Shown: one piece after another, positions 48,390-58,331 of the stretch
How positions within the stretch are numbered: position 1 is the stretch's first letter
Layout: each line of letters begins with the position of its first letter
Assembly (NCBI GenBank): GCA_020062745.1
Contig: JAGUVT010000051.1
Location: 21,901 to 85,900, forward strand
Source of the DNA: Deltaproteobacteria bacterium
GTDB taxonomy: Bacteria; Bacillota; Desulfotomaculia; Desulfotomaculales; JAGUVT01
Length of the DNA: 64,000 bases
Direction of reading: 5' to 3'
The notes under the pieces: model-generated
Seen by the model: only the letters and a program-made list of their open reading frames with translations
Told to the model about the DNA's origin: nothing
The model's database searches: none
Translations under genes and position numbers: made by a program

Positions 48390-49580
48390 TTGTGTCCCCA
48401 TAATTACCGTAATCGCAGGAGAATAGTCGTTTTAGGCAGTACCGGTTCAATTGGCCGGCAGACCCTGGAAGTTGTCCGGCGGTTTCCGGAGAGATTTGAA
48501 ATTATTGGCCTGGCGGCGGGGAGCAACTGGCAGTTGCTGGCCGGGCAGGTGGAGGCTTTCCGGCCCCTGGCGGTTTCCTTAAATGATGAGAAATTTTTGC
48601 CGGATTTAAGACGGGCCTTGCCCTATATGGGAGGCAAAGGCCCGGATTTTAGCTGGGGGCAGGCCGGCCTGACCGGGCTGGCTACTTTGCCGGAGGCCGA
48701 CCTGGTGGTAGTGGCTGTAACCGGTACTGCCGGCCTGGCTCCTACCCTGGCTGCTTTACAGGCCGGTAAAGATGTTGCTCTGGCCAATAAGGAAACCTTG
48801 GTTATAGCCGGCAAGCTGGTGATGGACCAGGTTTCTCAAACGGGCGCCGCTCTTTTGCCGCTGGATAGTGAACACTCGGCTATATGGCAGTGCTTGAACG
48901 GTGAAAACCGGGCTGGTGTGACTGGAGTCATCCTCACTGCTTCCGGTGGTCCTTTTTTGCGCCTGGATCGGGACGAACTGGCTGCAGTCACCGTGGAAAT
49001 GGCTTTAAAGCATCCGAACTGGCAAATGGGCAAGAAGATTACCATAGATTCCGCCACAATGATGAATAAGGGGCTGGAGGTTATTGAAGCCAGATGGCTT
49101 TTTGGGTTAAACTATGATCAAATCAAGGTAGTGGTGCACCCCGAGAGCATCATCCACTCAATGGTGGAATTTTGTGACGGGGCGGTTATAGCCCAACTCG
49201 GCGTGCCGGATATGTGTATTCCGATTCAGTATGCCCTTACTTATCCGGAACGGCTCACCGGTAATTATGCAAAGTTGAATCTGTTGGAATGCCGGCAGCT
49301 TACCTTTGAACCCCCTGATGAGGAGCGGTTTCCTTGTTTGAAGCTGGCTTTTGCCGCCGGTCTGGCCGGGGGAACAATGCCGGCGGTTTTAAATGCGGCC
49401 AATGAGGCAGCAGTAGATGCCTTCTTGCGGCGGCAAATAAAATTTACGGCTATTCCAGCCGTGATAGAACAGGTAATGAGCCGGCATCAGGTAACTGGCC
49501 GGCCGGAACTGGCAGAAATAATGAATGCCGACAACTGGGCGAGAAATACTGCCCGGCGCCTTATAGAGACTGCTGTTTGA
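48390..49580 (+). CDS. dxr: 1-deoxy-D-xylulose 5-phosphate reductoisomerase
   Basis: VLGSTGSIGRQTL, LANKE, PLDSEHSAIWQC and HPNWQMGKKITIDSATMMNKG. Confidence 0.95.
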   Translation: MCPHNYRNRRRIVVLGSTGSIGRQTLEVVRRFPERFEIIGLAAGSNWQLLAGQVEAFRPLAVSLNDEKFLPDLRRALPYMGGKGPDFSWGQAGLTGLATLPEADLVVVAVTGTAGLAPTLAALQAGKDVALANKETLVIAGKLVMDQVSQTGAALLPLDSEHSAIWQCLNGENRAGVTGVILTASGGPFLRLDRDELAAVTVEMALKHPNWQMGKKITIDSATMMNKGLEVIEARWLFGLNYDQIKVVVHPESIIHSMVEFCDGAVIAQLGVPDMCIPIQYALTYPERLTGNYAKLNLLECRQLTFEPPDEERFPCLKLAFAAGLAGGTMPAVLNAANEAAVDAFLRRQIKFTAIPAVIEQVMSRHQVTGRPELAEIMNADNWARNTARRLIETAV

Positions 49581-50665
49581 GCGTCATTATAACTATTTTC
49601 AGAACAGGTGGTTTTATGTTGACTTTTGCAGCTTCGGTTTTTGTCTTCGGTCTGCTTGTTTTTTTTCATGAATTGGGCCATTTTGTTATTGCCAAGATGG
49701 CGGGGGTAAAAGTATATGAGTTCAGTCTCGGTTTCGGCCCGAAGCTTTTTAGTATTCCCAGGGGAGAAACAGCATATAATGTCCGTTTGTTTCCACTGGG
49801 CGGATTTGTGCGTATGGCCGGTATGGATCCCCAGGAGGGGGAGGAAGTAGCCGACGAACGTAACTTTAATAAAAAGACGGTTAGCTGGCGAATGGCGATC
49901 ATTATGGCCGGTCCCTTAATGAACTTTGTTCTGGCGGCGCTGCTGTTGACGATTATTTTTATGTTTCAGGGTCACCCCGTGGTTATCACCCGGATCGAGC
50001 AGGTTCTACCAGGCCAGCCTGCCCAGTTGGCCGGTATCCAGCCCGGCGATAAAATTATCGCTATTAACGGGGAGCCGGTAGAAAGTTGGGAGCGTCTGGT
50101 AGATATTATAAACCAGCATCCGGAAGAACAGATTACCCTGAACGTCCAGCGTGACAGCATAAGTATTGTTGTTCCCGTAATGACGGTTAAAGACGAGCAG
50201 GGACGGGGCAAAATAGGCATCATCCCGTCTTATGTCTTGCAAAAAGCCGGCCTGTTTCCGGCCCTGGCTCTGGGGTCGGAATATACCGTGCGGGCCACTG
50301 TTTTGATTTTGGATTATATTGCCAGGATGATTTTTGGTCAGGTACCGGCTGATTTGGGAGGACCGGTACGGGTGGTTACCGAAATTGGTAAGGCGGCTGA
50401 ATTGGGCTTCTTTTATCTGCTGCAATTGGCTACCTTTTTGAGTATAAACCTCGGGTTGTTTAATTTGTTTCCTATTCCCGCCCTGGACGGCAGCCGGGTC
50501 CTTTTCCTGGCCTGGGAGAAAGTAAGGGGGAGGCCGGTGGATCCGGCGAAGGAGAATTTCATCCACCTGGTCGGATTCGGTTTATTGATTCTTTTAATGG
50601 TAGTGATTACTTATAATGATATTTTGCAGTTGTTTTTAACTGAAAAAGTGCCGGGCCAGCGCTAA
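49577..50665 (+). CDS. rseP: RIP metalloprotease RseP/RasP (M50 with PDZ)
   Basis: HELGHF, a PDZ segment (GIQPGDKIIAINGE) and NLFPIPALDGS. The start is uncertain (49577 or 49616). Confidence 0.85.
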   Translation: MSVIITIFRTGGFMLTFAASVFVFGLLVFFHELGHFVIAKMAGVKVYEFSLGFGPKLFSIPRGETAYNVRLFPLGGFVRMAGMDPQEGEEVADERNFNKKTVSWRMAIIMAGPLMNFVLAALLLTIIFMFQGHPVVITRIEQVLPGQPAQLAGIQPGDKIIAINGEPVESWERLVDIINQHPEEQITLNVQRDSISIVVPVMTVKDEQGRGKIGIIPSYVLQKAGLFPALALGSEYTVRATVLILDYIARMIFGQVPADLGGPVRVVTEIGKAAELGFFYLLQLATFLSINLGLFNLFPIPALDGSRVLFLAWEKVRGRPVDPAKENFIHLVGFGLLILLMVVITYNDILQLFLTEKVPGQR

Positions 50666-50677
50666 AGGAGTTAAACT

Positions 50678-51742
50678 ATGAATAGGAGAACCACGCAGCC
50701 GGTCCATATCGGCTCAGTACAGGTGGGCGGTGATTCCCCGGTCAGCGTGCAGTCCATGACTAAGACCGATACCAGGGATACGGCGGCAACAGTACGGCAA
50801 ATTAATGAACTGGCGGCTTCAGGATGTGAAATTGTCAGGCTGGCGGTACCTGATTATGAAGCAGCGGCGGCACTGAAAGCTATCCGGCGGGAAGTGAGCC
50901 TGCCCCTGGTAGCCGACATCCACTTTGACTATCGTCTGGCGCTGGAAGCGCTGGCTGCCGGGGTGGACGGGTTGAGAATCAATCCGGGCAATATTGGAAG
51001 CCGCAGAAAGGTGGCGGCCGTGGTGGCTGCGGCCGGGGACCGGGGTGTACCCATCCGTATCGGGGTGAACGCCGGATCGTTGGAGAAGGGACTGCTGGAA
51101 CGCTATGGCGGCATTACGGCTGAAGCCATGGTAGAAAGCGCTTTGCGCCACGTCGGGCTGCTGGAAGGAATGAACTTTAACGCCATAAAAATTTCCTTGA
51201 AGTCGTCGGATTTGCCGGTAATGCTGGAGGCCTACCGCTTGCTGGCCGGACGGGTGGATTATCCTTTTCATATTGGAGTGACCGAAGCCGGGACCGTCCG
51301 TTCCGGCGCTGTCAAATCGGCAATCGGCATTGGGATTTTGTTATCCGAAGGAATCGGTGATACCATCCGGGTTTCGCTTACCGGGCACCCGACCCATGAG
51401 GTACGGGTGGGTTACGAAATTTTGCGGTCGCTGGGTTTGCGCCGGCGGGGGGTGGAGTTAATTTCTTGTCCGACCTGTGGTCGCTGCCGGCTCGACCTGG
51501 TTCGCATTGCCGAAACGGTGGAAGAACGGCTGCGTCATGTAGACAGGCCCTTAAAGGTAGCGGTTATGGGCTGCGCCGTGAACGGCCCCGGCGAAGCAAG
51601 GGAAGCCGATGTGGGAATTGCCGGCGGCAGGGGAGAAGCCCTCATCTTTTGTAAAGGGGTAGTTAAGCGAAAGGTACCGGAAGAAAAAATCGTAGACGAA
51701 CTGTTTAAAGAAATTGAAAAAATGACTGCTGAAAATCTTTAA
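50678..51742 (+). CDS. ispG: 4-hydroxy-3-methylbut-2-enyl-diphosphate synthase
   Basis: [17 protein letters not shown] and SCPTCGRC. Confidence 0.95.
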   Translation: MNRRTTQPVHIGSVQVGGDSPVSVQSMTKTDTRDTAATVRQINELAASGCEIVRLAVPDYEAAAALKAIRREVSLPLVADIHFDYRLALEALAAGVDGLRINPGNIGSRRKVAAVVAAAGDRGVPIRIGVNAGSLEKGLLERYGGITAEAMVESALRHVGLLEGMNFNAIKISLKSSDLPVMLEAYRLLAGRVDYPFHIGVTEAGTVRSGAVKSAIGIGILLSEGIGDTIRVSLTGHPTHEVRVGYEILRSLGLRRRGVELISCPTCGRCRLDLVRIAETVEERLRHVDRPLKVAVMGCAVNGPGEAREADVGIAGGRGEALIFCKGVVKRKVPEEKIVDELFKEIEKMTAENL

Positions 51743-51756
51743 CGGAGAGTGTGGAA

Positions 51757-53463
51757 ATGCGTGCTTCTGAATTACTTATGCCTACTTTGCGGGAAGTGCC
51801 GGCCGAGGCCGAGGTGATCAGCCACCAGTTGTTGCTGCGAGCGGGTTTTATCCGCAAATCGGCAGCCGGCGTTTATACCTTTTTGCCTTTGGGCATGCGG
51901 GTTTTACATAAGATTGTGCGGATCATCAGGGAGGAAATGGATCGCGAGGGCGGGCAGGAACTGCTGATGCCCATTATCCAGCCGGCAGAACTATGGCAGG
52001 AATCCGGCCGCTGGGATGTTTACGGGCCGGAGCTTTTCCGGTTGAAAGACCGGCATGGGAGAGACTTTTGTCTGGGGCCGACCCATGAAGAAATGATTAC
52101 CGCCCTGGTGCGGGGTGAGGTCAGTTCTTATAAACAACTGCCGCTTTATTTATACCAGATTCAAAATAAATATCGGGACGAGCGCCGTCCCCGCTTTGGA
52201 TTGATGCGGGGACGTGAATTTATCATGAAAGACCTTTACTCTTTTGACCGGGATGAAGAGGGGGTGGCAGTTGCCTACCGGAAAATGTTTGACGCTTACT
52301 GCCGTATTTTTCAGAGATGCGGCCTGACTTTCCGGCCGGTGGAAGCCGATGCCGGCGCCATTGGCGGCAGCGATACCCATGAGTTTATGGTGCTGGCCGA
52401 GTCCGGTGAAGCTGCGTTGCTTTTTTGTTCGGCTTGCGACTATGCTTCTAATGTGGAGAAGGCGGCGCTGCCTCCTGCTGCCCAGCCTGAAGAAAACCCG
52501 GCGCAGCCCATCCGCAAAGTCGAGACCCCCGGCCGGCGCACCGTTCAGGAAGTGGTTGATTTTTTAGGTATCCGGCCGCAGAATTTGATCAAAACCTTGC
52601 TGTACCGGACCGATCAAGGGGTGATCGCGGCTCTGGTGAGAGGTGACCGGGATGTTAACGAGGTAAAATTGCAAAACGTGCTTGGCTGCCTGCGGCTGGA
52701 ACTGGCAGATGCTGCTGCCGTCCGGGCAGTTACCGGGGCGGATGTGGGTTATGCCGGGCCGGTCGGTCTTGGAGAAACCAGAATTGTGGCCGACCTTGAG
52801 GTGGCTTCTATGGCCAACGGAGTGGCCGGGGCAAACGAGGACGGCCACCATTACCTTAATGTCAACCCGGGCCGTGATTTTACTGCAGGTTTCATTGCCG
52901 ATATCCGGACGGTTCGGGCCGGTGAGCCCTGCCCATGCTGCGGCGCCGCTCTGGAGGAGGCTAAAGGTATTGAGGTGGGCCAGGTTTTTAAACTGGGGGC
53001 AAAGTACAGTCAGAAGCTGGGATGTACCTATCTGGATGAAAATGGGCAAAGCCGGCCGGTTGTTATGGGCTGCTATGGGATTGGGGTGACCCGGACAATG
53101 GCGGCAACTGTTGAGCAGAATCACGACGCCGACGGGATTATCTGGCCGGCGGCGGTTGCGCCCTTTCAGGTAGTTGTTGTTCCCGTAAATACAAAAGATA
53201 GTGAACAGGTGTCCCTGGCGGAGGATGTTTACAAAAGGTTTTTGACGGAAGGGATTGAGACAGTGTTGGACGACCGTCCGGAGCGGGCCGGAGTAAAATT
53301 TAAGGATGCCGACTTGATTGGCTATCCGGTGCGTGTTGTGGTCGGAGCAAAAGCCGTAACGGATAAGCAAGTGGAAGTACGCCTGCGCAGGAACGGAGAG
53401 GTTACTGTAATTCCGTTGGAGCAAATAACCGGTACAGTAAAGATGTTGCTGAAGGAGGCTTGA
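51757..53463 (+). CDS. proS: Proline--tRNA ligase (bacterial type with editing domain)
   Basis: [31 protein letters not shown] and the C-terminal anticodon-binding domain. ATG with GGAGAG upstream. Confidence 0.95.
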   Translation: MRASELLMPTLREVPAEAEVISHQLLLRAGFIRKSAAGVYTFLPLGMRVLHKIVRIIREEMDREGGQELLMPIIQPAELWQESGRWDVYGPELFRLKDRHGRDFCLGPTHEEMITALVRGEVSSYKQLPLYLYQIQNKYRDERRPRFGLMRGREFIMKDLYSFDRDEEGVAVAYRKMFDAYCRIFQRCGLTFRPVEADAGAIGGSDTHEFMVLAESGEAALLFCSACDYASNVEKAALPPAAQPEENPAQPIRKVETPGRRTVQEVVDFLGIRPQNLIKTLLYRTDQGVIAALVRGDRDVNEVKLQNVLGCLRLELADAAAVRAVTGADVGYAGPVGLGETRIVADLEVASMANGVAGANEDGHHYLNVNPGRDFTAGFIADIRTVRAGEPCPCCGAALEEAKGIEVGQVFKLGAKYSQKLGCTYLDENGQSRPVVMGCYGIGVTRTMAATVEQNHDADGIIWPAAVAPFQVVVVPVNTKDSEQVSLAEDVYKRFLTEGIETVLDDRPERAGVKFKDADLIGYPVRVVVGAKAVTDKQVEVRLRRNGEVTVIPLEQITGTVKMLLKEA

Positions 53464-53470
53464 TATAAAG

Positions 53471-54622
53471 ATGAAAAGTAAACTTGAGCGGGTTTTGATC
53501 TTGTCTGTTACGGTAGGAGCCGGTCATATGCGGGCTGCCGAGGCAATCGGAAAGACAGTCAGGCAAGTTTACCCTGCGGCGGAAGTAGCGGTGCTGGATA
53601 CTTTTCGTTATGCCAGTCCCCTGGTGAATAAGTTGGTTCTTGGGACATATATAAAAATGTTAAAGTTCAGCCCGTTTGTTTATGGATTTCTATATCGCCA
53701 GTCCGAGCAGGATCATTCCATGTCTGATTTTTCCAAACAGAAACTGGGTGGTTTAATAAACAAGCTGGCTACTCCTAAACTGGCGGAGTTTATAAACAGA
53801 ATAAACCCCCAGTTAATTTTATGTACCCACCCTTTTCCGCTGGGGGTGGCTATTGCTATGAAGGAGAAAGGAGATATAGATCTGCCGCTTTTTGCTGCTA
53901 TAACCGACTTTACCGTTCATTCTTTTTGGATTTATCCGGGGGTTAGTTGCTATTTTATCGGCGCCGAGGATTTGCGCCAGCAATTCCAGGGATACGGCAT
54001 AGAAGACAGCCGGGTGCGGGTTACCGGTATTCCGATTGATCCGGCGTTTGCTCTGCCTTATGACCGGACTGCTTTGCGCAAAAACCTGGGGCTGGAAGTA
54101 GATGTGCCGACCGTCCTGATCCTGGGCGGCGGCTTGGGAATGGGTCCGCTGGATGCGGCAGTAGAATTGCTGGGCAACTGTTCTACCAGGTGCCAGTTGC
54201 TGGTGGTAGCCGGGACGAATCGTTCGCTGCAGAGCCGTCTGGAAAAACGGGTATCGCACCTGGCCAACCGGGTGAAGGTTTTCGGTTATGTTGGAAACAT
54301 CCACGAACTGACGGCGGCGGCAGATTTGATGGTAGGTAAGGCCGGCGGGTTGACCTGTGCCGAGGCCATGGCTATGGGTTTGCCGATTTTTATTACCAGC
54401 CCTTTGCCGGGGCAGGAGGAACGCAATGCAGATTTCCTGGAGTCTACCAGGGTGGCTAAAAAGGTAAGCAATATTGAGGAACTTCCCGCTATAATCCAGT
54501 CTCACCTGGCTGAACCCGCCCGTTTGGAAGAAATGGCGCAGGCTGCGGTTAAATTCAGCAAGCCTGATGCTTCACGGGCAGTGGTTGAGGCGTTGGATGA
54601 GATCTTGGCCGTAGCCGGGTAA
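53471..54622 (+). CDS. Diacylglycerol glycosyltransferase (MGDG synthase / UgtP-like, GT28)
   Basis: 383 aa. N-terminus ILSVTVGAGHMRAAEAI, and C-terminus GKAGGLTCAEAMAMGLP. Confidence 0.8.
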   Translation: MKSKLERVLILSVTVGAGHMRAAEAIGKTVRQVYPAAEVAVLDTFRYASPLVNKLVLGTYIKMLKFSPFVYGFLYRQSEQDHSMSDFSKQKLGGLINKLATPKLAEFINRINPQLILCTHPFPLGVAIAMKEKGDIDLPLFAAITDFTVHSFWIYPGVSCYFIGAEDLRQQFQGYGIEDSRVRVTGIPIDPAFALPYDRTALRKNLGLEVDVPTVLILGGGLGMGPLDAAVELLGNCSTRCQLLVVAGTNRSLQSRLEKRVSHLANRVKVFGYVGNIHELTAAADLMVGKAGGLTCAEAMAMGLPIFITSPLPGQEERNADFLESTRVAKKVSNIEELPAIIQSHLAEPARLEEMAQAAVKFSKPDASRAVVEALDEILAVAG

Positions 54623-54640
54623 TTTGGGGAGGGGCCAGTT

Positions 54641-55300
54641 TTGACAGAACAAGAAATCATTATCAGGCTGGTGCTGGCAGTTGCCCTGGGCGGCTTTATC
54701 GGCCTGGAGCGGGAGCGGCTGCATGTTGGAGCAGGTACTTATTCAGCCGGGTTCCGCACGCACATTTTGGTGTGTGTGGGGGCAGCGGTCAGCATGCTGG
54801 TTTCCGAGTGGCTGCATTATGAATTTAAAAGTGATGCGGCGAGGGTTGCCGCCCAGGTGATCAGCGGTATCGGGTTTCTGGGCGCCGGCGCCATCATGCG
54901 TGAGGGCCTGCTAATCCGCGGGCTAACTACCGCTGCCAGTTTATGGGTTGTTGCGGCGGTGGGACTGGCGGCCGGCAGCGGTTTGTACCTGGTGGCTACT
55001 TTCAGTACTCTCCTGGTTTTATTTGCGCTGATAGTTCTGGGGACCCTGGAGGGCTTCGTGCGCGACCGGCGCAAATTCGATATAATCGGCATCGTGGTGG
55101 AAAACCAGCCGAGTCAAATCGGCTTAATCGGGTCGGTGCTGGGAGTGTCAAATGTTAAAAAAATTGAGGTAAGCAATATGGATGAAGGCGGCAAGTTGTT
55201 CGTGGAGGTCTGCCTTAAGCTGTCTCCCGAGCTGAATGTGGTTGAACTTGTCCAGAGACTGGCTGCCCTGCCGGGAGTGCAGCGGGTGGAGCAAAAGTAA
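54641..55300 (+). CDS. MgtC/SapB family membrane protein
   Basis: IIRLVLAVALGGFIGLERE, AAQVISGIGFLGAG and a soluble ACT-like C-terminus. Confidence 0.8.
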   Translation: MTEQEIIIRLVLAVALGGFIGLERERLHVGAGTYSAGFRTHILVCVGAAVSMLVSEWLHYEFKSDAARVAAQVISGIGFLGAGAIMREGLLIRGLTTAASLWVVAAVGLAAGSGLYLVATFSTLLVLFALIVLGTLEGFVRDRRKFDIIGIVVENQPSQIGLIGSVLGVSNVKKIEVSNMDEGGKLFVEVCLKLSPELNVVELVQRLAALPGVQRVEQK

Positions 55301-55418
55301 ATGGTACCCCTTTTTTAGAAGTAACAGCGTCGATTTGCTCCTCGTATTACCGGCTGTTTTCCGGGGCTCGTTTTTGGCGGCCGGTGTTTACAAAAAATTA
55401 AATATTGTTTTATGTTTA

Positions 55419-55465
55419 TAAACGGCAGGGACTCCCAACCCGGGGCCTTTGCCGTTTTTTGCTTT
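55419..55465 (+). terminator. Rho-independent terminator
   Basis: AAACGGCAGGG...CCTTTGCCGTTT stem followed by TTTTTTGCTTTTT. Confidence 0.55.
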
Positions 55466-55536
55466 TTACGGCGGGCCGTATGAATTTTTACTGATAAATT
55501 TTTTTGGTTGGTGCAATAAAAAATCACCAAATGTTA

Positions 55537-55564
55537 TTGACATATGCTCATATTTAAGTATAAT
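55537..55564 (+). promoter_or_regulatory. Near-consensus sigma-A promoter of the orp-like operon
   Basis: TTGACA-N16-TATAAT, 65 nt upstream of the DUF134 ATG. Flanked and overlapped by TATGCTCAT repeats. Confidence 0.65.
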
Positions 55565-55628
55565 TAATATGAACGTATGCTCATTATCTTTAGAGAAGTT
55601 TTTATGCTGATATTGAGAGGGTGAAAAA

Positions 55629-56093
55629 ATGCCGAGACCTCCAAAATACAGAAGAGTGGAATTTATGCCGCAGGAGACTTACTTTAAACCGGTCGGTGTA
55701 CCCCTGTCTTGCCTGGAAGAGATAGTTCTGACTGCAGAAGAACTGGAGAGTTTGCGCTTAAAGAATCTGGAAGGACTGGAACAGGAAGAGTGTGCAGCGA
55801 GAATGGGCATATCCCGGCCTACTTTCCAGCGCATCTTGACGAGTGCCGGGTTCAAGGTTACGGAGGCACTGGTAAAGGGCAAAGCTATCCGGATTGAGGG
55901 AGGAAACTTTCAGTTGGCGCCAATTCAATATTGCTGTGCGGATTGTCGCTGTGAATGGGAGGCTGTTCCGGCAAAAGGAGAGAATATTCTTTGTCCCTCC
56001 TGTGCCGGACGGAACATATTTTGCAAAGACTGTTTGCGTGGCCCCGGTGCTCGTGGCTGGGGCCGGTGCGGGCGGGGCAGGTGCAATCGCTGA
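55629..56093 (+). CDS. DUF134 (UPF0251) putative DNA-binding protein with Cys-rich C-terminal extension
   Basis: MPRPPKYRRVEFMPQETYFKP...LE.LRL..LEGL.QEE.A..MGISRPTFQRIL is the DUF134 signature. The C-terminal 54 aa contain 10 Cys. Confidence 0.8.
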   Translation: MPRPPKYRRVEFMPQETYFKPVGVPLSCLEEIVLTAEELESLRLKNLEGLEQEECAARMGISRPTFQRILTSAGFKVTEALVKGKAIRIEGGNFQLAPIQYCCADCRCEWEAVPAKGENILCPSCAGRNIFCKDCLRGPGARGWGRCGRGRCNR

Positions 56094-56126
56094 AGAATCA
56101 TAAAACTACGAAGGGAGAGAAAAAGG

Positions 56127-56969
56127 ATGTCGTCTTCTGAAGAGAAGGGAGAAGAAAACATTTCATGTGCGAAAGAACAATTTGAAAGGTTAAATCCCGG
56201 CGGTTCCAGTTGCATTGATAATGTAATCGCTGTTCTAAGCGGCAAGGGCGGGGTTGGAAAATCGGCTGTGACGGGTATTACGGCGGTTGCTCTGGCAAAA
56301 TGCGGGTATAGAGTAGGTGTTCTGGATGCTGATATTACAGGCCCGAGTATTCCTAAAATGTTTGGTTTGAACATGAGGCCGGAAACTGATACCCTGAGCG
56401 GGATTGTCGCGCCGGTAGAGACATCTCTCGGAATCAAGGTAATGTCCTTAAACCTGCTTCTTCCTGAAGAGACAGATCCTGTTATCTGGCGCGGCCCGAT
56501 AATTTCAAACGCCGTAAAACAATTCTGGACGGAAGTGAGTTGGGGGAACCTGGACTATTTGCTGATAGATCTACCACCGGGGACGGGTGATGTTCCTTTG
56601 ACGGTAATGCAGTCTTTGCCTCTTGACGGACTGGTTGTTGTGTTGTCTCCGCAGAAACTTGCCGTAATGGTGGTCAGGAAGGCGATAAAAATGGCGGATT
56701 TACTTGGGATTCGAATTCTGGGTCTGGTTGAAAATATGAGTTATATAGTTTGCCCGCAATGCGACGAAAAAATCGAGTTGTTCGGTCCAAGCTCTGGTGC
56801 GAAAGTATCGCAGATTACCGGTATTCCTTTAATGGCGGTTCTTCCGGTTGATTTACGACTGGCAGACCTTTGTGATAAAGGCCAGGTTGAACTTTATGAT
56901 AACAACTTGCTAAGCGGTATTATTGAAAAATTGTTTTATGAAAATGTTGCCGGAGGAGGTGAAGCTTAA
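56127..56969 (+). CDS. Mrp/NBP35 (ApbC) family P-loop Fe-S cluster carrier ATPase
   Basis: VLSGKGGVGKS deviant Walker A, DLPPGTGD and a CPQC cluster-ligand motif. Confidence 0.85.
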   Translation: MSSSEEKGEENISCAKEQFERLNPGGSSCIDNVIAVLSGKGGVGKSAVTGITAVALAKCGYRVGVLDADITGPSIPKMFGLNMRPETDTLSGIVAPVETSLGIKVMSLNLLLPEETDPVIWRGPIISNAVKQFWTEVSWGNLDYLLIDLPPGTGDVPLTVMQSLPLDGLVVVLSPQKLAVMVVRKAIKMADLLGIRILGLVENMSYIVCPQCDEKIELFGPSSGAKVSQITGIPLMAVLPVDLRLADLCDKGQVELYDNNLLSGIIEKLFYENVAGGGEA

Positions 56970-57286
56970 TGTACCGCAGGGGAGGTTTTGGGTTGGCGGC
57001 AGGTGGCAGAGCCGGCAGTCGCGGCTGGAACCAGTGGGGTTCCGGCAGGCAAGGCCGGGCGTTTGCGCAGCCGGCAGCAGCGGGCGGCTATACTTATGCA
57101 GGGCCGTGCCGGTGCGGCTTCGGGCCGCATGCGTTTTACCGGAATTCCAGCGGGGGGCTGGTTCATTCTAGAAGAATTTGGAATAACCCGGCTTGTGTTG
57201 CAAAAAATCCGGTCGAGCAGTTGAAGGCGGAGAAAGAGGAACTGGAGAGACGGCTGGCGGAATTGAACGAAAAAATAAAGGAGTAA
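56969..57286 (+). CDS. DUF5320-like protein (Gly/Arg-rich N-terminus, C-terminal coiled coil)
   Basis: 105 aa. TAATG overlap with the Mrp stop codon. The Gly-rich N-terminus contains PCRCGFGP, and the C-terminus is EQLKAEKEELERRLAELNEKIKE. Confidence 0.6.
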   Translation: MYRRGGFGLAAGGRAGSRGWNQWGSGRQGRAFAQPAAAGGYTYAGPCRCGFGPHAFYRNSSGGLVHSRRIWNNPACVAKNPVEQLKAEKEELERRLAELNEKIKE

Positions 57287-57344
57287 GCGGACCTTTCCGG
57301 GAACGGAGAAAATCCGTTCCCGGCCTCAGGGGAGGTGCATGTCT

Positions 57345-57545
57345 ATGCCGGTGTTGAAACTGGTTAGATTTATATGCGTTGCCTGCGGTAAGGAATTTGA
57401 GGCGTTGTGCGATGCCAGGCGGAGTGAAAAACCGGTGAGATGTCCGGAATGTGGCGGAGCGGTTCAACGGAGCCGGGTATATGTACTTGTTCCGGGTTTG
57501 AAGATGGCAAAAAGAAGAGCCGGAACTGTTGGTAAGGGCAAGTGA
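57345..57545 (+). CDS. FmdB-type CxxC zinc-ribbon protein
   Basis: MPVLKLVRFICVACGKEFE...RCPECGG. GGGGAGGTG RBS 7 nt upstream of this ATG. Confidence 0.6.
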   Translation: MPVLKLVRFICVACGKEFEALCDARRSEKPVRCPECGGAVQRSRVYVLVPGLKMAKRRAGTVGKGK

Positions 57546-57602
57546 GGGACGGAAGATGAGTAAGGTAAGACGCAAATCTACGGAGAAAGGAGGGAGTTGT
57601 AA

Positions 57603-57923
57603 TTGAAAATAGCAGTATCAGCAAGAGAAAATAATCTTGATGCGCTTGTGGATCCACGATTTGGAAGATGTCGTTATTTTATTCTGGCCGATCCGGAAAC
57701 CATGTCTTTTGAGACGTGTCCGAATCCGGGGGCGGATGCTGCCGGGGGCGCCGGGATAAAAGCGGCGCAGTTTGTGGTTTCTAAAAAGGCTGACGCTGTA
57801 ATTGCCGGTGAGGTTGGACCCCACGCGCTTCAGGCGTTGGAAGCCGGCAGGGTGAAAGTTTATACTGTTTCTTCCGGTACGGTAAGAGAAGTACTGGACA
57901 ATTACAAAAACGGCAAGCTTTAA
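57603..57923 (+). CDS. NifX/NafY/MTH1175-type (dinitrogenase FeMo-cofactor-binding domain) protein
   Basis: 106 aa with MKIAVSA...DPRFGRCRYFIL...GAGIKAAQFV...AVIAGEVGPHA. Confidence 0.8.
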   Translation: MKIAVSARENNLDALVDPRFGRCRYFILADPETMSFETCPNPGADAAGGAGIKAAQFVVSKKADAVIAGEVGPHALQALEAGRVKVYTVSSGTVREVLDNYKNGKL

Positions 57924-57933
57924 AGGAGGAATT

Positions 57934-58317
57934 TTGATGAAAATCGCGGTTGCTACGGACGGAAACGAAGTATCTGCCCATTTCGGGCATTGTCCGGAAT
58001 TTACTATTGCCGAAATCAGGGATGGAAAATTGTTTTCAAAAGAAGTGGTTGCCAGCCCGGGCCATGTTCCCGGTTTTTTACCGAAGCATATGGCCGCTCT
58101 TGGCGTCGAATGTGTTATTGCGGGAGGTATGGGACCCAGGGCCCAGGAGCTTCTGGCGGAAGCAGGAATTAAAACTATTGTAGGAGTATCCGGCCCGGTG
58201 AGCAGGGTTATTGATGATTTTGTGGCCGGGTGTCTGATTGGCGGGGAGAGTTCCTGCGATCACCATAAAGACGGTCACATATCGCACGAAGGGTGCGGAC
58301 ACGGGTGTCATGAATAA
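57934..58317 (+). CDS. NifX/NafY/MTH1175-type protein (second copy, His/Cys-rich tail)
   Basis: 127 aa with MKIAVATDGNEVSAHFGHCPEF...CVIAGGMGPRA. The tail is CDHHKDGHISHEGCGHGCHE. Confidence 0.8.
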   Translation: MMKIAVATDGNEVSAHFGHCPEFTIAEIRDGKLFSKEVVASPGHVPGFLPKHMAALGVECVIAGGMGPRAQELLAEAGIKTIVGVSGPVSRVIDDFVAGCLIGGESSCDHHKDGHISHEGCGHGCHE

Positions 58318-58331
58318 GGGGTGAGATATAA

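Noticed and set aside
52564-53424. 286-aa minus-strand ORF
   Set aside because: It is antisense to proS and has no supporting signals.
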